From assembly GCF_902713615.1 (NCBI RefSeq), contig NW_024055740.1, positions 124,001 to 188,000 of the forward strand: 64,000 bases of DNA, in the 5' to 3' direction. Positions 59,053 to 64,000 of the stretch are shown here, in pieces. The translations under genes were made by a program, and so were the position numbers. The notes under the pieces are model-generated. The model was not told the origin of the DNA. It saw nothing but the letters and a program-made list of their open reading frames with translations, and did no database searches. This stretch comes from Scyliorhinus canicula (taxonomy: Eukaryota). Positions within the stretch are counted from its first letter, which is position 1. Every line of letters begins with the position of its first letter.

Positions 59053-61070
59053 CAGGCTGGGGTTGTTCACCTTTTCGCAAAGGAGGTTGAGGGGAGAGTT
59101 GATAGAGGTGGACAAGATTATGACAGGTTTCGATAAGGTGGATAAAGAAAAGTTGTTCCCATTAGCTGAAGGGACAAGGACAAGGGGGAGAAAGATTTCA
59201 GGTTTTGGGTAAAAGATGCAGAGGGAATGTGAGGGAGAATATTTTGATGCAGGGAATGGTAATGACCTGTAACTCGCTGCCAGTGAGGAGGGTGGGAATG
59301 AAGACAATGGAAGATTTCAAATGGAAACCGAATGGGCATCTCGGGATCTAAACTTGCAGGGCTACAGGGATAGATGGGACTGACTAGTTTGCTCCAGGGA
59401 GCCAACAGGGAATCAATAGGCTGAATGGCCTCCTCGGATCTCATGACTGATCTGAAAACAACAATTGCAGCTGCTCCAGTCTCTCCCCCCTCATTGAAGT
59501 CCCTCATCCCTGGTACTATTCTCATAAATCTCCTCCGCACTCTCTCTGAGAACATCACATCTTTCCTAGTGTGGGGCCCATATATAGGGTTCCATTCCAG
59601 AGGGATCGAATTGAAAAGCAGGGAGTTATGTTCAACTTGTTTAGATCCAGGGCTAGACGACACTGGGAGCACCGTCAACATTGGTGATCTCCATTTAGAA
59701 AAAGGAAATAGAGACTCTGGAAAAGGAGCAACAAAGATTCCAAGAATATACGAGAACAGCGCATTTAATCTTAGGAAAGACTGGGACTGCTTTCCTCTAG
59801 AAAAGAGAAAACTGAAAAGTGACCTAATGGAAGATTATGAGGAGGTTCAATAATTCAATAGGAATTTCAGCAGAAACCTCTTTACCCAGTGAGTGGTGAG
59901 AATGTGGAACTCACCACCACAGAGTGTGGTTGAGGTGAACAGCATGAATACATTGAAGGGGAATCTGGATACAGACATGAGGGAGAAAGGAATAGGAGAT
60001 GCTGATGGGGGGGGGGGGATGAAGAGGGGTGGGTGGAGGATCATGTGGAGCATAAATACTGACACAGACCAATGGAGCCAACTGGCTGCAAACTCAATGG
60101 AACATAGATAAATGTATTGATTTTAGATCCACCTGTACTGGTAGGGAACATCTCTATTCCTCCCACTGTGAAGGCCAACATACCATTCTATTGACATAGA
60201 AACATAGAAAATAGAAGCAGCAGGAGGCCCTATACAATTGCAGTAAAACAGGCCCTTTGAGCCTGCTCCACCATTCATTCTGTTCATAGCTGATCACCAA
60301 GTTCAATACCCTGGTCCCGCTTTCCCCCCCCCCCCCAGATCCCTTTGTCCCTCAAGCCCCAAGAGCAATATCTAATTCCTTCTTGAAATTACACTATGTT
60401 TTGGCCTCAACAATTTTTGTGGTAGCGAATTCCAGATTCCCCACTCTCTGGATGAAGAATTTTCTCTTCACCTCAGTTTGAAAATGTTCCCCCTTATCCT
60501 CAAACTATGACCCCTAGTTCTGGACTCCCCCACCATCGGGAACATTCTTTCTGAATCTACCCTGTCTAATCCTTTTAGAATTTTCGATGAGATCCCCTCT
60601 CACTCTTCTAAACTCCAATAAATATAATCCTAACCGATTTAGTCTCTCCTCATATGACAGTCCCACCATCCCAGGAATCAGCCTGGTAAACATTCACTGC
60701 ACTCCCTCCATTGCAAGAACATCCTTCCTCAGATAAGGACACCAAACTGAACAAAATACTCCAGGTGTGTCCTCACCAATGCCCTATAAAACTGCAGTAA
60801 AACATCTCCATTCCTCCCGTTATGAAGGCCATCATACCATTTGCCTTCTTTCCTGCCTGCTGTACCTGTGCGCTTACTTTCAGTGACTGATGCACGAGGA
60901 CACAGGCCGCGCTGAGTATCCACCTCTCTCAAATTACACCCATTCAAATAATAATCTGCCTTCCTATTTTTGCTACTGAAGTGGACATCCACATTATACT
61001 GAATCTGCCATGCATGTGCCACTCACTCCGCCTGTCCAAATCCTGCTGAAGCATCTCTGCATCCTCCTCA
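59053..61070. mobile_element. Mosaic of CR1 fragments in both orientations
   Basis: + strand pieces ~59053-59440 and ~59590-60100; - strand pieces ~59445-59570 and ~60130-61070 (WQIQYNV, LLQFYRALVRTHLEY). Confidence 0.8.
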
Positions 61071-61071
61071 T

Positions 61072-61387
61072 AGCCATCTGGCCCATCGAGTCTGCATCGA
61101 CCCTCTGAAAGAGCACTCCACCCAAGTCAACTCACCCATCCTATCCCAATAACCAAACCTACACATTGGCACAAATGGGCAATTTAGAATGGCCAATCAC
61201 CTAACCTGCACATCCTTGGACACTTAAGAGGCAATTTGGCATGGTTGGTGGACCTCAAAAGAGTGGCCAATCCACCTAACCTGCACATCTGTGGACTGTG
61301 GGAAGAATCTGGATCACCGGGAGAAAACCACGCTGACACGGGGAGAAGGTGCAAACTCCACACAGGCAGTCACCCAGAACTGAACCC
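61072..61387 (-). mobile_element. HE1-type SINE (core and tail)
   Basis: Reverse complement of the V-core GGAGTTTGCACCTTCTCCCCGTGTC and the TGCAGACTCGATGGGCC tail. Confidence 0.75.
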
Positions 61388-61542
61388 TATACAGGATGAA
61401 ATAAGTGTCCTTCATCAGCTTTTGTGGATCATTTCAGTGGGAATGTGCTCTTAAGACTCAACATCAGCCCACTGGAAGCTATGTCGGGAGACGGGCCAGT
61501 CCAGCAGAAAGAAACCCTCCCACTTCACCAAATGTCAGAATG

Positions 61543-62523
61543 TCAACCCTGGATGCGATTAACAGGAGCAGTAACAGCAGAATCCAGCCCTTGTAATTGC
61601 TTGTGAACTCGCTGATGTGTCTGCAGGTTGGCTGACTGTGTGAATCCCTTCCCACAAACAGAACAGATGAATGGTCTCTCCCCAGTGTGAACTCTCTGAT
61701 GTGTCAGCAGGCTAGATGACTGAGTGAATCCCTTCCCACATTGAGAGCAGAGGAATGGCCTCTCCCCAGTGTGAACACGCTGGTGTTTCAACAGGGTGGA
61801 TGAATCTCGGAATCCCTTTCCACAGGCAGGGCAGGTGAATGGTCTCTCCCCGGTGTGAATTCGCTGGTGAGAGAGCAGGGTGGAGGACTGAGTGAATCCC
61901 TTCCCACAGTCAGAACAAGTGAACGGCCTCTCCCCATTGTGAACTCGCTGGTGTATCAGCAGCTTGGATAACTGAACAAATCCCTTCCCACATTCAGAGC
62001 AGGTGAACGGCCTCTCTCCAGTGTGAACCGGCTTGTGTGCCAGTAAGTGGGTTAACTGAGTGAATCCCTTCCCACACTGAGAGCAGGTGAATGGCCTCTG
62101 CCCCGTGTGAACCCGCTGGTGTTTCTGTAGATTGGATGAATTAGTAAATCCTTTGTCACACTGGGAGCAGGTGAAAGGCTTCTCCCCAGTGTGAACTCTC
62201 TGGTGTGACTGCAAATGGGATAACAGAGTGAACGCCTTCCCACATTCAGAGCAGGTGAATGGCCTCTCACCAGTGTGAACCCGCTGGTGTGACTGAAGGT
62301 TGGACGATCGACTGAACCCCTTCCCACAATCACAGCAGGTGTATGGCCTCACCCCGCTGTGAACTCGCTCGTGCATCAGCAGGTTGGATGAATCACTGAA
62401 CCCCTTCCCACAGTCAGAGCAGGTGAACGGCCTCTCTCCAGTGTGACTGCGTCGATGTATTTCCAGCTCAGACGGAGCTTTGAATCCCTTCCCACAGTCC
62501 CCACATTTCCACGGTTTCTCCAT
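61543..62523 (-). CDS. C2H2 zinc-finger protein, 11 tandem fingers, 326 aa (exon acceptor at 62876/62875)
   Basis: Uninterrupted ORF from [14 protein letters not shown] with 11 CxxC-12-HxxxH units and TGE[RK]P-type linkers; no effector domain in this exon. Confidence 0.9.
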   Translation of the reverse strand: MEKPWKCGDCGKGFKAPSELEIHRRSHTGERPFTCSDCGKGFSDSSNLLMHERVHSGVRPYTCCDCGKGFSRSSNLQSHQRVHTGERPFTCSECGKAFTLLSHLQSHQRVHTGEKPFTCSQCDKGFTNSSNLQKHQRVHTGQRPFTCSQCGKGFTQLTHLLAHKPVHTGERPFTCSECGKGFVQLSKLLIHQRVHNGERPFTCSDCGKGFTQSSTLLSHQRIHTGERPFTCPACGKGFRDSSTLLKHQRVHTGERPFLCSQCGKGFTQSSSLLTHQRVHTGERPFICSVCGKGFTQSANLQTHQRVHKQLQGLDSAVTAPVNRIQG

Positions 62524-63029
62524 AGTGCAAGTCAACTTGTAACTCTCCAGGTTCGATGATCAGTTGAAGCCTCGTCCACACACAAAACACGGGTACGGTC
62601 TTTACCCGCTGTAAATGGTATGATGTTTCTTCAGGCTGTGTAACTGGTTAAAACTCTTTCCACAGTCAGGAACACTCTCACTCGGGTGTGTGTTGTGGGT
62701 CTCGCTGCTTTTCCAGTCACACTGATGTTTGAAACCTTTAGAAGCTGACAGTTCGGACAAACATTTCTTCTAGATTCAAAGGCCGATGATATTCAGGTTC
62801 CAGGGAATTGAGTGACTGTCAGATCGAGACGTGACGTTTGAGACTTCTGTCTGTAATTCTTCCTCATCTAATATCCTGTAAAAACAATTTAGAAAATTCC
62901 TCGCTGTCAGTACAGGATAGAAACTCAGAACAGATAATTCTAGTTCGTATGGAACAATTTTTCCTCTCTTATTTTCCGAAAGCTGCAAATCTCCATCCCA
63001 CACACTCCCTCCATTCTCACTCTGCTGGA

Positions 63030-63780
63030 TCCCTGTGGTGTGCCGCTGGTCACTGGCTTCCAGTCACTAAAGCAGCCGTCTGTCACCACCCTCTGTCTCC
63101 TACAGCTAAGCCAATTCTGAATCCACCCCATCATGTTACCTCTATCCCATGTGCTTTTGCCTTCTTTATAATGTCTCTCGTTTGGGATCTTGTCAAAAGC
63201 TTTGCTGAAATCCAGCAAACTGCATCAACTGCACTTCCCTCATCTGCACAGCCAGTCACATAAAAAATCAATTCAAAATTTGTTAGGCATAACCTCCGTC
63301 TAACAAGCCACGCTGACTATTCCTGATCAAATCTTGCCCTCCAAGTGAAGATAAGTCTGTCCTTCTGAATTTTCTCCAATGTTTTCCCTACCACTGACGT
63401 GAGACTAACTAGTCTGTAGTTTCCTGGCTTATCTCAACAACCTTTCTTAAGGTAAGACCACATTAGCTGATCTCCAGTCCTCTGGCACCTCTCCGTGGCC
63501 AGAAAGGAATTAAAAATTTGGGACAGAGCTCCTGCAGTCTCCTCCCTCATTTCTCACAGCATCCAGGGACACAGTTCATCCAGACTTGGAGATTTGTCCA
63601 CTTTTAAGCCTGCCAACACCATGTCACTCCCCACGTCAATTTGCTCAGAAACCTCAGTCTCCCTGTCCGAGTTCCATATCTATCTCCTCATTCTCTTGGG
63701 TGAAGACAGATGTGAAGTATTCGTTCAACAGCTGACCAATATCCTCTGGCTCCACACACAGATTACCCCTTTGTCCCTAA
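63030..63780 (-). mobile_element. CR1 RT fragment
   Basis: LDFSKAFDKIP...WIQNWLSCRRQRVVTDGCFSDWKPVTSG.PQGS. Confidence 0.85.
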
Positions 63781-63800
63781 TGGGAACACACTGTTCTTGA

Positions 63801-63852
63801 TCTGATGAAAGATCATGCTGACCTGAAACATTAACTCTGTTTCTCTCCACAG
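63801..63852 (+). ncRNA. Degenerate minimal hammerhead-ribozyme motif in a Penelope-terminal-repeat-like element
   Basis: CTGATGA (63802-63808), A, stem II AGATCA-tgc-TGACCT, GAAAC, then ATT in place of GTT; followed by the same TCTCTCCACAGA tail as 1528-1620. Confidence 0.5.
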
Positions 63853-63854
63853 AC

Positions 63855-63970
63855 CAGCCTCCCGTACCAGCCTCCCCGGACAGGTGCCGGAATGTGGCGA
63901 CTAGGGGCTTTTCACAGTAATTTCATTTGAAGCCTACTCGTGACAATAAGCGATTTTCATTTCATTTTCA
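63855..63970 (+). mobile_element. SINE tail-2 fragment inserted into the hammerhead-bearing repeat
   Basis: CCAGCCTCCCCGGACAGGTGCCGGAATGTGGCGACTAGGGGC...TTTCATTTTCA; the host repeat resumes as GACGCTGCC. Confidence 0.8.
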
Positions 63971-64000
63971 TTCATTTTCAGACGCTGCCCGTTATGCTGA

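Overview
Eukaryotic, repeat-rich DNA from a cartilaginous fish (shark; species not determinable from the sequence). Main content: one complete, unrearranged IgM heavy-chain cluster on the + strand: leader 15774-15831, V 15960-16267, D1 16705-16716, D2 17094-17103, J 17493-17540, Cmu1-4 with secretory tail 32792-36743, TM1/TM2 40464-40740. All RSSs and splice sites are readable and all frames open. Downstream lie a C2H2 zinc-finger relic (41.6 kb), two young ~identical L1 insertions in inverted orientation with their own TSDs (42.3-46.2 and 48.3-50.1 kb), a candidate NRF1/YY1 promoter (47.8 kb), a ZNF pseudogene (+, 53.3-54.1 kb) and an intact 11-finger ZNF ORF (-, 61.5-62.5 kb). The rest is CR1/L2/RTE/Rex1 fragments and tRNA-derived SINEs. 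Most interesting: the 3' half of the 15.3 kb J-Cmu intron looks like a switch region. A 5 kb C-rich array is followed by a 1.4 kb G-rich non-template-strand array, then 24 x 29-bp units with about 40 AGCT AID-hotspot palindromes, ending ~500 bp before Cmu1. The 29-bp unit appears to be built from the 5' end of an adjacent SINE. Relics of a Penelope-type hammerhead motif are also present. Ig and L1 junction coordinates were read base by base. Most repeat boundaries are approximate, and family names come from motif recognition rather than database search.
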